Shown: piece after piece, positions 42,200 through 57,138 of the stretch | How the letters are laid out: each line of letters starts with the position of its first letter | Position numbering within the stretch: position 1 is the stretch's first letter | DNA from: Eledone cirrhosa | Taxonomy: Eukaryota | Length of the DNA: 64,000 nucleotides | Assembly (NCBI GenBank): GCA_964016885.1 | Contig: OZ024743.1 | Span: 118,668,001-118,732,000, forward strand | Direction of reading: 5' to 3' | Notes under the pieces: generated by a model | What the model saw: only the letters and a program-made list of their open reading frames with translations | What the model was told of the DNA's origin: nothing | Databases searched by the model: none | Made by a program: the position numbers and the translations under genes

Positions 42200-44637
42200 C
42201 TGAGGCGGAGAGCCGTCAACAGCCACTGATGTACGGGAGGCAATGACTAACTGCACGGTGGGTAAATCGCCTGATTTGGATAGTCTGCCTTACAAGCTTT
42301 ACACAAACATGCGAGACATGTTCGCCAACCTCTTAGTTGACGTCTACTCCATCTCGCAGCAGAACAGGAGAATGGTCAGTTATGTGAGCCGAGGAGCGGT
42401 GGCGCTGCTGAGAAAGGACCCAAACAGGGGGGACAACATAGATAATTTCAGGCCCATAACTCTGCTGAACGCAGAGTTCAAGATATTGGCCAATGTGGTA
42501 GCGACGAGGTTGGCACGTACTGTTGGAGGTCTAGTGTGAGATATCCTGACATGCGCTATTCCAAATAGATTCATCCACGACAACTTCAACCACATATGAT
42601 ACATCATGGAGAGGGTAGCTAGGGAACCAGGTTCGGATGGGGCCTTGATCAATTTAAATCAGTCGAAACTTTCGATAAGGTTGACCATCGGTATCTGGCA
42701 GTGATCCTGAAGGCGATCGATTTTAGGCCCGTCTTCAGATGTTGCATCGCTGTCATGCACAGCGACTTCTGCTCTGTGGTGAGAGTGAACGGTCACGTTT
42801 CGGAACCGTTCAACATCTTGCGCTCGGCAGCCAATAATGTCCCTTCTCGTCCCTGTTGTATGTATTGACTCTTCAACCATTGCTGCGCAAAGTGGAGATA
42901 TTGATGGGCTTCGCAAGCGAACTGGGATGTGGGATGACTGTAAAAGCTTATGCCGATGACGTCACCGTAGTATTATCGAACTCTAAACACGGGAGCAAAA
43001 ATCAACCAGGAAAAGTCGGTGTGCCTACAGCTCAGCCTTTGGAAAGGCAGCTCCATGCTGTTGAACAGCGTCGTCAGGCGCTGGACGGACGGATCGGTTA
43101 CATAACTAGGAATCTGGTTTGTTCCCGACCTCCAAATGGACAAAAACTGGAACGAGATGACAAGCAGGGGTGCCTGTATCACCCAAAAATGGGCCGAGAG
43201 CAAGCTGTTCCTGAAAGAACGGACGGAGGTAGAGAACGCATACATCGCGCCCGTCGTCTACTAACACCTGACCGTCGTCCCATGTCCTAAGCCTCGCCTG
43301 ACAGCACTGGAGCGCCTACAATTTCGCTTTTTGTGGAAGAGACACGCTCCGATTGTCAAGCGGTCCATCTACTGTAAACACACACTACGTGGAGGGCTGC
43401 GCATGCTACGGCTAATAATTGTTTCTACTTTTGGCACAAGACCAGCAATTACAAAAGTACATTACTAGTACTTTATTTTATCGACCCCGTAAAGATGAAA
43501 GGCAAAGTTGACCTCGGCGGGATTTGAACTCAGAATGGAAAGGGCCGTAACTCTATGCGTCAAAGCATGACGTCCGACCCTCTACCGATACTGCCAATCC
43601 TAATGCGCAAACATGTGCTGACGCTACGGCCTCTCCAACTCTTCTTTCACGGTGAACAGGTGTGGTCGCCGTTTGCTAAACTCATTTTTCCCAAGATCGT
43701 CTTCTTGATGGATCTGCAGTCCTGGATCAAGAAAAGACCGAGTAGGAGCGCTTGGAGACTGGAAAGTCTTCAGGCGCTAACACCCTTCAGCCAATCGGAC
43801 ACTGCGTTCTATTGGCTGTTAGTAGAGGGAAAGAGCGACAACTTCTTTCTGGAGACTCTGGGTTTCGAAGAAAATCAACTAGCCAATCTCTTCCGGAGAA
43901 TATTTGGGCTGGGCCCATGGATAAATTCTAGAATTCCCTGGCCTGGCAGTGCTACCGTGGAGCTTTGCCAGTTTGGGATAGACTCTACATGCATGGAACT
44001 GTCCGAGATGCGCGCAGCACGACGAAACTATCCGGCACGCAGTCACCCAGTCTCTGGGCATTGCTGACTTGTGGGTATATGTCAAACACTTGATGTCGCG
44101 TGTAGGACAGATCCGATTATCAACTGAGTCCATTGTGAAGGTGACACCGCCGTCCTCCTATACATGGGAAGGACGGGTAGTTTTAATCCGCCTGGAGGCC
44201 TTGGTGAAAGAGATCGTGTGGTGGATACGTTTGGAAGGGTTGAAGACGAATACTTATCACTTCCACGGAGACCTGATTAAATTTTTCAAATTTCATTTGA
44301 AAAGGAAAATCAGGGTGTTGAGGGTAGTGCGATTTGTTGAAAGATGGGTGAGAGAGGCAAGCATGGCCTGAACAAATGGCCTGCTCTGAGTATGCGCCTG
44401 TAGATTGAAAGTGGAAAACTGGGAGATAGCGCTTGCTCCGGTGGTCAGTGTCGCCGTGGCTTTTATGTGGGTTTTTTCCTCGAGTGACCTTTGGAAGTCT
44501 TCCTCCTATTAGCTAATTTTCCTTTGTTTCGATTTTTTTGTTACATCCTATATTTTTGTATTATGTATTGGTTTTTTTTTACACGCACAAACCGTGCTGT
44601 TATGCTTTGTGTAAACCCTTGTGGCTAATAAAAAAAA

Positions 44638-44685
<48 letters not shown>

Positions 44686-44686
44686 C
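42200..44686 (+). mobile_element. 5'-truncated Tx1/L1-like LINE (RT to 3' end)
   Basis: GKSPDLDSLPYKLY, NFRPITLLNAEFKILA and AYADDVT. Ends AATAAAAAAAAC(ATT)n. Many stops. Confidence 0.85.
43416..43600 (-). mobile_element. SINE inserted in the LINE
   Basis: Reverse complement of the SINE consensus. CTAAT occurs on both sides (possible TSD). Confidence 0.85.
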
Positions 44687-44687
44687 A

Positions 44688-44840
44688 AAGCAAAGTTAAC
44701 CTCGGCGAGATTTGAATTTATGATCTGAGTTCAAATCCCGCCGAAATTAACTTTGTCTTTAATCCTTACGGGGTCGATAAAATAAAGTACCAGTATTACA
44801 CTGGGGTAATTGTTGGCCTTGTCCCAAAAGTCGAAACAAT
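44688..44840 (+). mobile_element. SINE 3' part with a short inverted 5' piece, within (ATT)n
   Basis: AAAGCAAAGTTAACCTCGGCGAGATTTGAA is inverted relative to TTCAAATCCCGCCGAAATTAACTTTG. Confidence 0.7.
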
Positions 44841-47800
44841 TATTATTATTATTATTAGTAGTAGTAGTATTATTATTATTATTATTATTATTCAAAGCGA
44901 TAAAATAGAAAAGCTTTTATATGTCTATTTCCATAGCGTTCAGATATGAAAACGGAAGAAATAACGATTAGGTATCTCGTCTGCCCAAAATTCATCTTAT
45001 TTCTTTCTTTCGTAAGAGAACTTTCGAGGAACATCTGAAGAAAATATTGAATAGAAGTAAGTATTTTTATAGTTCGTTAACCGGAATGTTGAGCCGGAAA
45101 TATATACGAAGAGGAAATATAAGCAAACGTTTGTCACTAGGGCGGATTCATCGTTTATGTAATATCTGTTAGATTTCTTATTGTATATATGTATGTATGT
45201 ATACATGCATCTATGTAAGTATGTATGCATTTATGTTTGAATGTATATAAGTCTGTATGTATGTAATTGTGTACGTACGAATATATGTATATATTTACGT
45301 ATATATGTATGTAATTTATATATATATTTAAATATGTATATATATATATATATATATATGCGTTTGACTGTATGTGTGCGTGTGCGCACGCATGTGTGTG
45401 TGAGAGAGAGAGTGTGTGTGTGTGTGTGTGTGTCTGTGTCTGTGTGCATGTGTGTGTGTATACTTATGCGCTATAATAATACTTCTCATGTTATCTATAT
45501 GACGTATATAAACGCAAATATGCATATATACTGATATACGACTACGATATAACTGCCAGTACTTTTCGTTCTATGAATAACAATAGAGAAATAAAACACC
45601 TGTAATGTTTTATAACAATGGTTGAAATTGTTCACATATATATAAGTGCTGACAGGTTATCTAAAATATAGTGTTTTTAGCATTTGAATGCGGGTACAGT
45701 TTAGTATATATTTTGAATGCGATTAAAGAGCTGATAAGCAAAATTCACAACACACGTTAATGAATGAACTCGAAGATTTGAGAAACGTCATGGTGAAGGA
45801 TTTGTAGTAGGTTGTCCTCAATTCGGTTATGTATGAGCAAACCTATGATGAACTCCGTCCTGTCTTTAGCATTCAGATTCTATATCACTGACTGTATTCT
45901 CTTTGTTTTTCCTTTTTAAAAAGCGTATATATATATATATGTTTTATTTCTATTTATGTTTTATTTCTCTATATTTCTCTGTATTTCTTTATATGTTTTA
46001 TTTCTTTATTTCTCTATTTATATGTTTTATTTCTCTATTGTTATATATATATATATAAAACAAAGCACATTTTAAAGTTTAATAGATATGTACTTCTCCA
46101 CTAACCATAGAGATACGAATCTGTTATATATATTTTTTTTCACATCTCCTGCTGTTTGTCTGTATTTCTCCCTCTTCTCAATTATCTATATGTTCGTTTC
46201 TTCTTACAACATTCGTATCTGGCTCATTCTTTCACTCATTCTGTCCTCCACTTTATATTTAATATTTCTTTTACTTCCTCGCTCTTGTTCCCCTGTTTCT
46301 TCACCCCTACACCGTGGCTCTCCTATGCATATTATCTCCATAATGTATCCATTTTCTCTTCATATCCTATTCCCACAAATGTTCTCTCTATCTCACGCAT
46401 GTCCAGATACACACATATAAAGTAACAGCTGATATTTTTGAAGCCCCGTAACATTGTCTGTATATGTTTGGATTCAAGTTTGACAAAATTTGACCTTCCA
46501 AATTTTTAAATTTGAGAATCTTGATAATCAAGTAAATCTGGAACAGTGATTTGGGGAACGGGTGTGCAGTAAAGTATATGTACGAGTAGTTTCTGTCACG
46601 CTGTTGATTTGATCGACTAAAACTCTTGAACGCAGTGCCCCAAAATAGCCCTATTGAAGTCACTAACAGAAGCCACGGACAGTAACGTGGTAAATTTAAG
46701 AATTAATGAACATCTCATTATAAAGATTCCTAAGCCGAGCATGAATAATAAATAGATCAGAGATCCGTGAAGCACGATGGCTGTTATAACTGGTCACATT
46801 TCCAACAACGGTCAGTAACACAAGACAGACAGAGTACGTGAGAACAGCATATTTCATTTTTCTGTGTCCATCGACCATCTTTTGAAAAGATATAATGAAA
46901 TATATATTATAAAAAGCATTTTTTTTCTCATGTACTTTAACTCAGTTCCATCTTTAGATTTGTATCTGCATTGTACGGTCCTCACAACACCTCTTTGTTA
47001 TTTATTACACTATATTCAATTTTTAGAGAGGATATTTACTGTGAAATCTAAGATATAACTCAAGATATAACGCTTTGTAATTTTCTCACAAGGCCAGAAA
47101 TATGGGATGGTTGTGAGGGGGAAGTCGATTACACCATAACTTTACTGGTAATTTATTTCATAGAACGCGGAAGGATGAAAGGTAAGTTCGACCTAGCTTG
47201 GATTTGAACTTAGAAAGTAAAAAGACGCCAAAGATGCTGCTCTAACGGTTCTACCAACCCACCGTGATATAATGGGAGTAGGAAATGCACTGTCTCAGCA
47301 CAGTTAAATAGAGTGAACATTTTCTTAGTGTGTTGTTGTGATAGTAAAAAATTGTTCAGTGAGTACCTTAAAAAAACATCAGTAAGCATAATATTGAGTA
47401 GTGATTAACTAAGATAAAACTCAAGTGGAGTAGGCGCTGTATCTCATTACCAAAATAGGGTTTAAAGGCATATTTATGTTTAATGTGCGGCTATCGAAAA
47501 AGAGGCTAAACGGATTGTCTGTGAACTGTGGTATCTTACGCCGAGTGCAAAAGTGATAGGGTCATTGTAACGAACAGTGAGATATTGTTTTCTACTGTGC
47601 TTACATCTTTGAAACTGTGGCAAGGAGATTAAACTCGTTGACATCTTGCTGATCTGAAAATCTGTAAAATAATAATTTAGGGGAAGATCTATCAAGTAAG
47701 AACATTTTTAAAAGTTTATCTACTGTCCTATCCAAGTGAAGATATATCTTTCATACATTTAACGGAAAATATCTGTGCCTTATGTTATTTATTCGAAAAT

Positions 47801-48444
47801 GCATTGATTTTACACCAATACATATTAATTAGTTTTAGCCATATATCGAATTAGCAGTGTGTGACAGCTTTAGTCCGTTGTATGGGATCAGTTGCATGTA
47901 AAGGAAACGACTGTGCTGCATGTTATAATGGATCTTCTATAGGTTTTATTTGATAAAGTATCTACTTGATAAATCAATGTCCGAGGTTCAGTATTCCATA
48001 AACACATGCACCCTGATCATAATCCTCAATTCCAATCAGAGCGACACTTTATGGGAATGTATAGGCACAATAAATTAAAGAGGCTTGCACACAATTTCCC
48101 TTCATAGGGCTTGGGTTGACTTGATCACACTTACGCAAGTATCCTAGCGGTGGGATCGAAATCCGTACAGGATGATTTCGAAGTTCACTTCTTTATCATC
48201 CGACCACGTATGCAACCCTTGATGAATTGTTAAGAAGTACTGAATGTTTATATAGCTATTACTGTGTGAATAATTGCACGCCTGCTAAATTGAAGCATTC
48301 GCTTTGTGAATTCCTATACGTGAAACAAGATTGTGTTTGGAAAGTTATTTTCTATGTGTGATTGTACGGCTATTTGAAATAGGACACTTCAACGTTTCAC
48401 TATGCTGCTAGTTTAAATTTTGACAGCCATTATTTGTGAATGCA

Positions 48445-48557
48445 CAAATCCCACCGAGGTTAACTTTGCCTTTCATCCTTACGGGGTCAATAAAATAAAG
48501 TACCAGTAATACACTGGGATAAATGCTGGCCTTGTACCAAAAGTAGAAACAATTATT
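48445..48557 (+). mobile_element. 5'-truncated SINE
   Basis: Matches the SINE 3' half. GTGAATGC occurs on both flanks (possible TSD). Confidence 0.75.
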
Positions 48558-49357
48558 AGTGAATGCTCAATGTATTGTTCATATGATGGAGATATGAGCG
48601 TGTGCGAGTGAGTGTTTTTGTGTACATTCGTGACTGCATGCGTGGGTTTATGCATCTATTTGTATGTATGGTATGTATTTATGCAAGTATAAATCGGTTT
48701 GTTAGTTCGTCAATTATTGTGCGTGAGCATGTAGCTGGTGTTTTGAGTTTGTTGGTGGGATCGGTATTAACATTTATATATATATATACATGCGTGTGTA
48801 TGTGTGTGTATGTATATGTGTCTCTGCGTGTGTGTGTATATGTATGAGCATGAAAGAGGTGTATCTGTTTAATGTTATGATAAAGCAAGTAGATCGTCTC
48901 CACCTATGAAAACATGAACTTCATTTGCTCGAAAATGTCTAATGATTATTCTACTAATGTCTTCAGCCTTCACTGAATTTTGCATTAAATTTGCTGGGCT
49001 ATTTATGCTTGACTTAACTTCCTGGGGTTTCATTTTTTGATGACTTTAATTTTGTTTTATTGAATGTATTTCATTTCACTTCCTAAAAGTTCGACTACAT
49101 GGTTTTTTTTTATTTGTTAATTTATGCACCGTTATTACCAGAGCACGAACAGACATACATACACACAGACAGACACAGACACATACATAGACACACACAA
49201 ACTCACACAAACAAACTTACCTCATATATATGAGTAAGTTTGTGTGTATGCGTGCGCTCGCACACGTGCGTAAGCGTGCTTTACACGTACGGACAAACAT
49301 TTTTACAAATGTCTGCATACATGTATTGTTCACGTCCCCGTCCCCCCCCCCACCATG

Positions 49358-49434
<77 letters not shown>

Positions 49435-49591
49435 ACACACAGACATATATATATATATAAATATGAAAGCGAGATATAATTGAGTGAGAAAGAGAAGGAA
49501 AAATATTGTGAAAAATAAAGTTAGCCGGCTATGTATGAGTGTATTTCAGATATTCGTCAATATACATACATACATACATAGATATACGTCA

Positions 49592-49688
<97 letters not shown>

Positions 49689-49753
49689 AATATATATATT
49701 TATATATAAATATATATATATATAGATATATATAAATATATATATATATAAAT

Positions 49754-49864
<111 letters not shown>

Positions 49865-49980
49865 AATATATAAATATATATATATATATATATAAATATA
49901 TATATTTATATATAAATATATATATATATATATAAATATATATATATATATTTATATATATATATAAATATATATATATA

Positions 49981-50056
<76 letters not shown>

Positions 50057-50565
50057 AATATATATATATATAAATATATTGTTATACTTTGGGAGGGTCA
50101 TGTTGCCAATAAGAAACACACGCACCAGTTGCTTTCACTTCAATTTATTATATATTTATAAATTTATAAATTTACAAATCTACAAACTTATAAATTTCTG
50201 GTTGGTTGGTTGGTTCCACAACCAGATAGTTGTTTATATATATAGTCATAGTCCTTTCGTCACACACTCTGTGACCTCTTCAGTGACTGGGGATTCCTTT
50301 CTTCGTTTCTGTGCCTTTTCTTTCTTCTATCCTACGCCATTTTGTTTCTGTGTTTGTGTTGTGTGCTCAGTTTGCGCATGTGCCACATCCGGGTGTCTGT
50401 GTGTGTTTGTGTTCATTTTTCTATTTGTTTATTTATTTATTGTTGGTTGGTTGTTTGTTCTATGTGTGTGTGTGTTTTCATTTTGTCCTGTGTGTGTTTT
50501 CATTTTGTGTGTGTTTTCAATTGTAAGTTGTTTGTTCTATGTGTGTGTGTGTTTTCATTTTGTCC

Positions 50566-51490
50566 TTAATTGTAAGTTGTGATGTTGCTGTTCCACTCAT
50601 ATTTTCTATTTAATTTTGGTTTTAATTCTTTTATGCTTACTGCCTCTGTAATTTGCCTAAACATTGCGTCTTTTCTATGCGTGGATTCTATTTTTATTTC
50701 TATGTTCTCTAATCTACCCCTGTGTTCTATCTTAGCATGTTGGTAGAGCACAGATGATTCTTTATTATCTTGGAGGTCTCGCCAGTGTTCATTTATTCGT
50801 TCCCCTATACTACGAGCTGTCTCACCTATGTACACTATATTTTTGTTTCTACATTGTCCTTCAGTACATCTTATGCTATACACTACATTTCTAGTTTTAC
50901 AGTTAATATGGGGGCTTATTTTACAGGTTATACATTTCTTATCTATACATGAGGGTCTTTGGAACGGGTATGTCTTGCTAATAAGTGTTTTCACGGAGGT
51001 ACCAGGTCTTTCTACTATCTTAATATTGAGATTATGTTTATTTAGGGCCCTTCTAAATTTGTAGGCTAGTTCGCCTCTAGGGGTTGTATTGATGAACATT
51101 ACACTCTGGTATTTATTGCTATCAGCCCATGAGTTTATTCTATTGGCCTTGTTCCTAGTTCTTTCTATTCTATTCCAAAATTTGCTCCTATACAAGGGGC
51201 AGGTCCCATTTATGTCATTATTTACCATTTGTTCCCATTTAGTTCTGGCTCCTTTATACACTCTGATTCTATCTCTCTGATTGTAGCCAGAGAACTGCAT
51301 ACGGTGGATTAAGTGTTGTATGTGTCTCTCTAGTTCTTCGGGGTTGCACATGCGGGACACATTTCTCATCACCCGTACCAAATCCGCAATCAGTATGTTG
51401 ATTTTGGTATGGTCCGAAATGGCCGAGTTTCGGTGGATCAGATGTTTGGAAGTCATGGGTTTGGCATAATGGGAATGGAGGATTTGTTTT
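50566..51490 (-). pseudogene. PLE ORF 3' part: RT thumb/C-terminus, Cys linker, GIY-YIG endonuclease (open frame, 5'-truncated)
   Basis: HYAKPMTSKHLIHRNSA, FSGY, CIDKKCITC, VVYSIRC...C...YIGETARSIGERINEH, HAKIEH and RQITEAVSI...PKLNRKYEW. Confidence 0.9.
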
Positions 51491-51496
51491 TGAAAA

Positions 51497-52415
51497 AAAT
51501 CCTCCATTCCCATTATGCCAAACCCATGACTTCCAAACATCTGATCCACCGAAACTCGGCCATTTCGGACCATACCAAAATCAACATACTGATTGCGGAT
51601 TTGGTACGGGTGATGAGAAATGTGTCCCGCATGTGCAACCCCGAAGAACTAGAGAGACACATACAACACTTCATCCACCGTATGCAGTTCTCTGGCTACA
51701 ATCAGAGAGAAAGAATCAGAGTGTATAAAGGAGCCAGAACCAAATGGGAAAAATGGGAAATAATGACATAAATGGGACCTGCCCCTTGTATAGGAGCAAA
51801 TTTTGGAATAGAATAGAAAGAACTAGGAACAAGGCCAATAGAATAAACTCATGGTATGATAGCAATAAATACCAGAGTGTAATGTTCATCAATACAACCC
51901 CTAGAGGCGAACTAGCCTACAAATTTAGAAGGGCCCTAAATAAACATAATCTCAATATTAAGATAGTAGAAAGACCTGGTACCTCCGTGAAAACACTTAT
52001 TAGCAAGACATACCCGTTCCAAAGACCCTCATGTATAGATAAGAAATGTATAACCTGTAAAATAAGCCCCCATATTAACTGTAAAACTAGAAATGTAGTG
52101 TATAGCATAAGATGTACTGAAGGACAATGTAGAAACAAAAATATAGTGTACATAGGTGAGACAGCTCGTAGTATAGGGGAACGAATAAATGAACACTGGC
52201 GAGACCTCCAAGATAATAAAGAATCATCTGTGCTCTACCAACATGTTAAGATAGAACACAGGGGTAGATTAGAGAACATAGAAATAAAAATAGAATCCAC
52301 GCACAGAAAAGACGCAATGTTTAGGCAAATTACAGAGGCAGTAAGCATAAAAGAATTAAAACCAAAATTAAATAGAAAATATGAGTGGAACAGCAACATC
52401 ACAACTTACAATTAA
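51497..52415 (+). pseudogene. Mirror copy of the PLE ORF 3' part with one frameshift near 51750
   Basis: ORFs 51409..51771 and 51744..52415 together reproduce the left-arm protein with a few substitutions. Confidence 0.9.
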
Positions 52416-52769
52416 GGACAAAATGAAAACACACACACACATAGAACAAACAACTTACAATTGAAAACACACACAAAATGAAAACACACACAGGACAAAA
52501 TGAAAACACACACACACATAGAACAAACAACTTACAATTGAAAACACACACAAAATGAAAACACACACAGGACAAAATGAAAACACACACACACATAGAA
52601 CAAACAACCAACCAACAATAAATAAATAAATAAATAGAAAAATGAACACAAACACACACAGACACCCGGATGTGGCACATGCGCAAACTGAGCACACAAC
52701 ACACACACAGAAACAAAATGGCGTAGGATAGAAGAAAGAAAAGGCACAGAAACGAAGAAAGGAATCCCC

Positions 52770-52814
52770 AGTCACTGAAGAGGTCACAGAGTGTGTGACG
52801 AAAGGACTATGACT
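52770..52814 (+). ncRNA. Minimal PLE hammerhead ribozyme (family D)
   Basis: AGTCA-CTGAAGA-G-GTCACA GAGTG TGTGAC-GAAA-GGAC-TA-TGACT. Conserved in five copies. Confidence 0.8.
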
Positions 52815-53052
52815 ATATATATAAACAACTATCTGGTTGTGGAACCAACCAACCAACCAGAAATTTATAAGTTTGTAGATTTGTAAATTTATAAATTTAT
52901 AAATATATAATAAATTGAAGTGAAAGCAACTGGTGCGTGTGTTTCTTATTGGCAACATGACCCTCCCAAAGTATAACATTATCGGTTTCAACACACGATT
53001 TCAGATAAAGAATCTTGCTAAACAAATTCAGAAACGATATATAAATATATAT

Positions 53053-53089
<37 letters not shown>

Positions 53090-53114
53090 AATATATATAT
53101 AAATATATATATAA

Positions 53115-53170
<56 letters not shown>

Positions 53171-53171
53171 T

Positions 53172-53401
<230 letters not shown>

Positions 53402-53452
53402 TATATATAAATATATATATATATAATATATATATATAAATATAGAAATAAA

Positions 53453-54260
53453 TTTCGTTTCTGAATTTATTTAGTAAGATTCTTTATCTGAAGTCATGTG
53501 TTGAAACCGATATTGTTATACTTTGGGAGGGTCATATTGCCAATAAGAAACACACGCCCCAGTTGCTTTCACTTCAATTTATTATAATAAAATTTATAAA
53601 TTTAGGAATTTATAAATCTATAAATTTCTTGTTGGTTGGTTGGTTCCACAACCAGATAGTTGTTTATATATTGTAAAAGTTCTTTCGTCACACATTCTGT
53701 GACCTCTTCAGTGACTAGGGATTCTTTTCTTTGTTTTTGTGCCTCTCCTTTGTTCTGTCCTACGCCATTTTGTTTCTGTGTGTGTGTTGCGTGCTCAGTC
53801 TGCGCATGCGCCACATCCGGGTGTCTGTGTGTGTTTATATTAGTTTATTTACATGTTACCGGTTGGTTGTTTGTTCTATGTGCGTGTGTGTTTTCATTTT
53901 GTCCTTAATTGTAAGTTGTGATGTTGCTGTTCCACTCATATTTTCTATTTAATTTTGGTTGTAATTCTTTTATGTTTATTGCGTCTGTGATTTGTCTAAA
54001 CATTGCGTCTTTTCTGTGTGTAGATTCTATTTTTATTTCTATGTTCTCTAATTTACCCTTATGTTCTATTTTAGCATGTTGGTAGAGTACAGATGATTCT
54101 TTACTATCTTGAAGGTCTCGCCAGTGTTCATTTATCCGTTTCCCTACACTACGAGCTGTCTCACCTATGTACACTATATTTTTGTCTCTACATTGTCCTT
54201 CAGTACATCTTATGCTATACACTACATTTCTAGTTTTACAGTTAATATGGGGGCTTATTT
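53453..54260 (-). mobile_element. PLE family D 3' fragment with full tail (GIY-YIG ORF 53905..54222, HHR 53673-53716)
   Basis: Clearly homologous to the palindrome arms but more diverged. Tail-to-tail with the right arm across (TA)n. Confidence 0.9.
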
Positions 54261-54462
54261 ATATATATAAATATATATATATATATATAATATATATAAT
54301 ATATATATACATAAATATATAATATATATTTAATATATATAATATATATATATATAATATATATAATATATATATATATATAATATATATAATATATATA
54401 ATATATATAATATATATAATATATATAATATATATAATATATATAATATAAATAATATATAT

Positions 54463-54495
<33 letters not shown>

Positions 54496-54512
54496 ATATA
54501 TATAATATATAT

Positions 54513-54547
<35 letters not shown>

Positions 54548-54696
54548 ATATATATAATATATATAATATATATATTATATATAATATATATATATATATA
54601 ATATATATAATATATATAATATATATAATATATATAATATATATAATATATATAATATATAATATATATAATATATATAATATATATAATATATAT

Positions 54697-54729
<33 letters not shown>

Positions 54730-55174
54730 ATGTATATAATATATATAATATATATAAGATATATATAATATATATATATATATACATATATAATATATAT
54801 AATATATATAATATATATAAGATATATATAATATATATATATATATACATATATAATATATATAATATATATAATATATATAATATATATATATATATAT
54901 ATAATATATATATATAATATATATAATTTATATAATATATATATATATAATATATATAATATATATAATATATATAATATATATATATATAATATATATA
55001 ATATATATATATAATATATATAATATATATATATATATATAATATATATAATATATATATATATAATATATATATATATAAATATATAATATATATAATA
55101 TATATATATATAATATATATAATATATATATATATATATATAATATATATATATATATAATATATATATAAGAT

Positions 55175-55252
<78 letters not shown>

Positions 55253-55284
55253 ATATATATATAATATATATATATATATAATAT

Positions 55285-55316
<32 letters not shown>

Positions 55317-55406
55317 ATATATATATATATAATATATATATATATAATATATATATATATAATATATATATATATGATATATATATATATAATATATATA
55401 TATATG

Positions 55407-55451
<45 letters not shown>

Positions 55452-55493
55452 TATATATAATATATATATATATAATATATATATATATAATAT

Positions 55494-55538
<45 letters not shown>

Positions 55539-55575
55539 TATATATATTATATATATATAATATATATATATATAT

Positions 55576-55628
<53 letters not shown>

Positions 55629-55712
55629 ATATATAATATATATATATATATAATGTATATATATATATAATATATATATATAATATATATATATAATATA
55701 TATATTTATATA

Positions 55713-55767
<55 letters not shown>

Positions 55768-55800
55768 TATATAATATATATATATAATATATATATATAT

Positions 55801-55847
<47 letters not shown>

Positions 55848-55926
55848 ATATATATAATATATATATATATATAATATATAATATATATATATATAATATA
55901 TATATATAATATATAATATATATATT

Positions 55927-55984
<58 letters not shown>

Positions 55985-56109
55985 TATAATATATATAATA
56001 TATATATAATATATATATAATATAATATATATATATAATATATATATAATATATATATAATATAATATATATATAATATATATATAATATATATACATAA
56101 TATATATAC

Positions 56110-56175
<66 letters not shown>
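54261..56175. repeat. ~1.9-kb (TA)n/TATAA low-complexity tract
   Basis: Direct reading. Confidence 0.95.
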
Positions 56176-56209
56176 TATATACACACATACATATACATAT
56201 ATCTATGCG

Positions 56210-56397
56210 TCAGTGGATTGGCAGTATCGGTAGAGCGCCACAGGCAATGCTTTGTACCAAAGAGTTACGGCCTTTTACGGTCTGAGTTCAAATCCCGCCG
56301 AGGTTAACTTTGCCTTTCATGCTTACAGGGTCGATAAAATAAAACGCCAGTAATACACTGTGATAATTGCTGGCCTTGTGCCAAAAGTAGAAACAAT

Positions 56398-56399
<2 letters not shown>
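56210..56399 (+). mobile_element. tRNA-derived SINE
   Basis: Full match to the SINE consensus seen at 18577. Confidence 0.85.
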
Positions 56400-56433
<34 letters not shown>

Positions 56434-56610
56434 CATAAATATATAATATAATATTTAATATATATAATATATATATATATAATATATATAGTATATATAT
56501 ATATATAATATATATAATATATATAATATATATATATATAAAATATATATATATATATATAATATATATAATATATGACTCCGACACGCTCCAGTATTCT
56601 AATCCTTATA

Positions 56611-56650
<40 letters not shown>

Positions 56651-57138
56651 ATATGCGTGTGCGTGTGTGTATGTGTGTTTATATTTACAAATAAAAAGAA
56701 GAGCCCATAAATACGAAGGATAATATATGTATTTGGAATCAGTTGATGATTCACACTATATTTTCATGAAGCATCGAACGTGTCAGATGCGCAGTTTATC
56801 TGCCTAAAAGTACATGGTGTATCTAGCTACAATCGCAACGTATCCTGTTACTCAATTATCATTGCTCTTAGTCGGCAACATGTTAAAAAATGACGCAGAT
56901 CAAAGGTCAAGCTAGTTGGATTACTAAGGTATGTCACAGACCAAGAATTTCCCGTAGCTCGAGGAATTTCGATCATCTTGATGCTGTTTCAGGAGAAAGT
57001 TTGCAGTATGACTGATCACTGTTCAATGAGTATCCTTAGGTGTTTCATATCTTAACTTTCCAATTTCTCAAATCTTGTATTTTCTTCTGTATTCAAGAAA
57101 GCATTGACTTTATCGGTAATACTTTATTTTCTTAAATG

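Larger units (their letters stand above)
50079..53037. mobile_element. Penelope-like element (family D), head-to-head inverted insertion in (TA)n
   Basis: Arms 50079-51485(-) and 51497-52978(+) are near-identical with an ~11-nt spacer. The right arm has an extra ~60-nt tail. HHRs at 50244-50288(-) and 52770-52814(+). Confidence 0.95.

Noticed and set aside
51409-51573. N-terminus MVRNGRVSVDQMFGSHGFGIMGMED on both PLE ORFs
   Set aside because: Antisense read-through across the palindrome centre, not a real PLE N-terminus.
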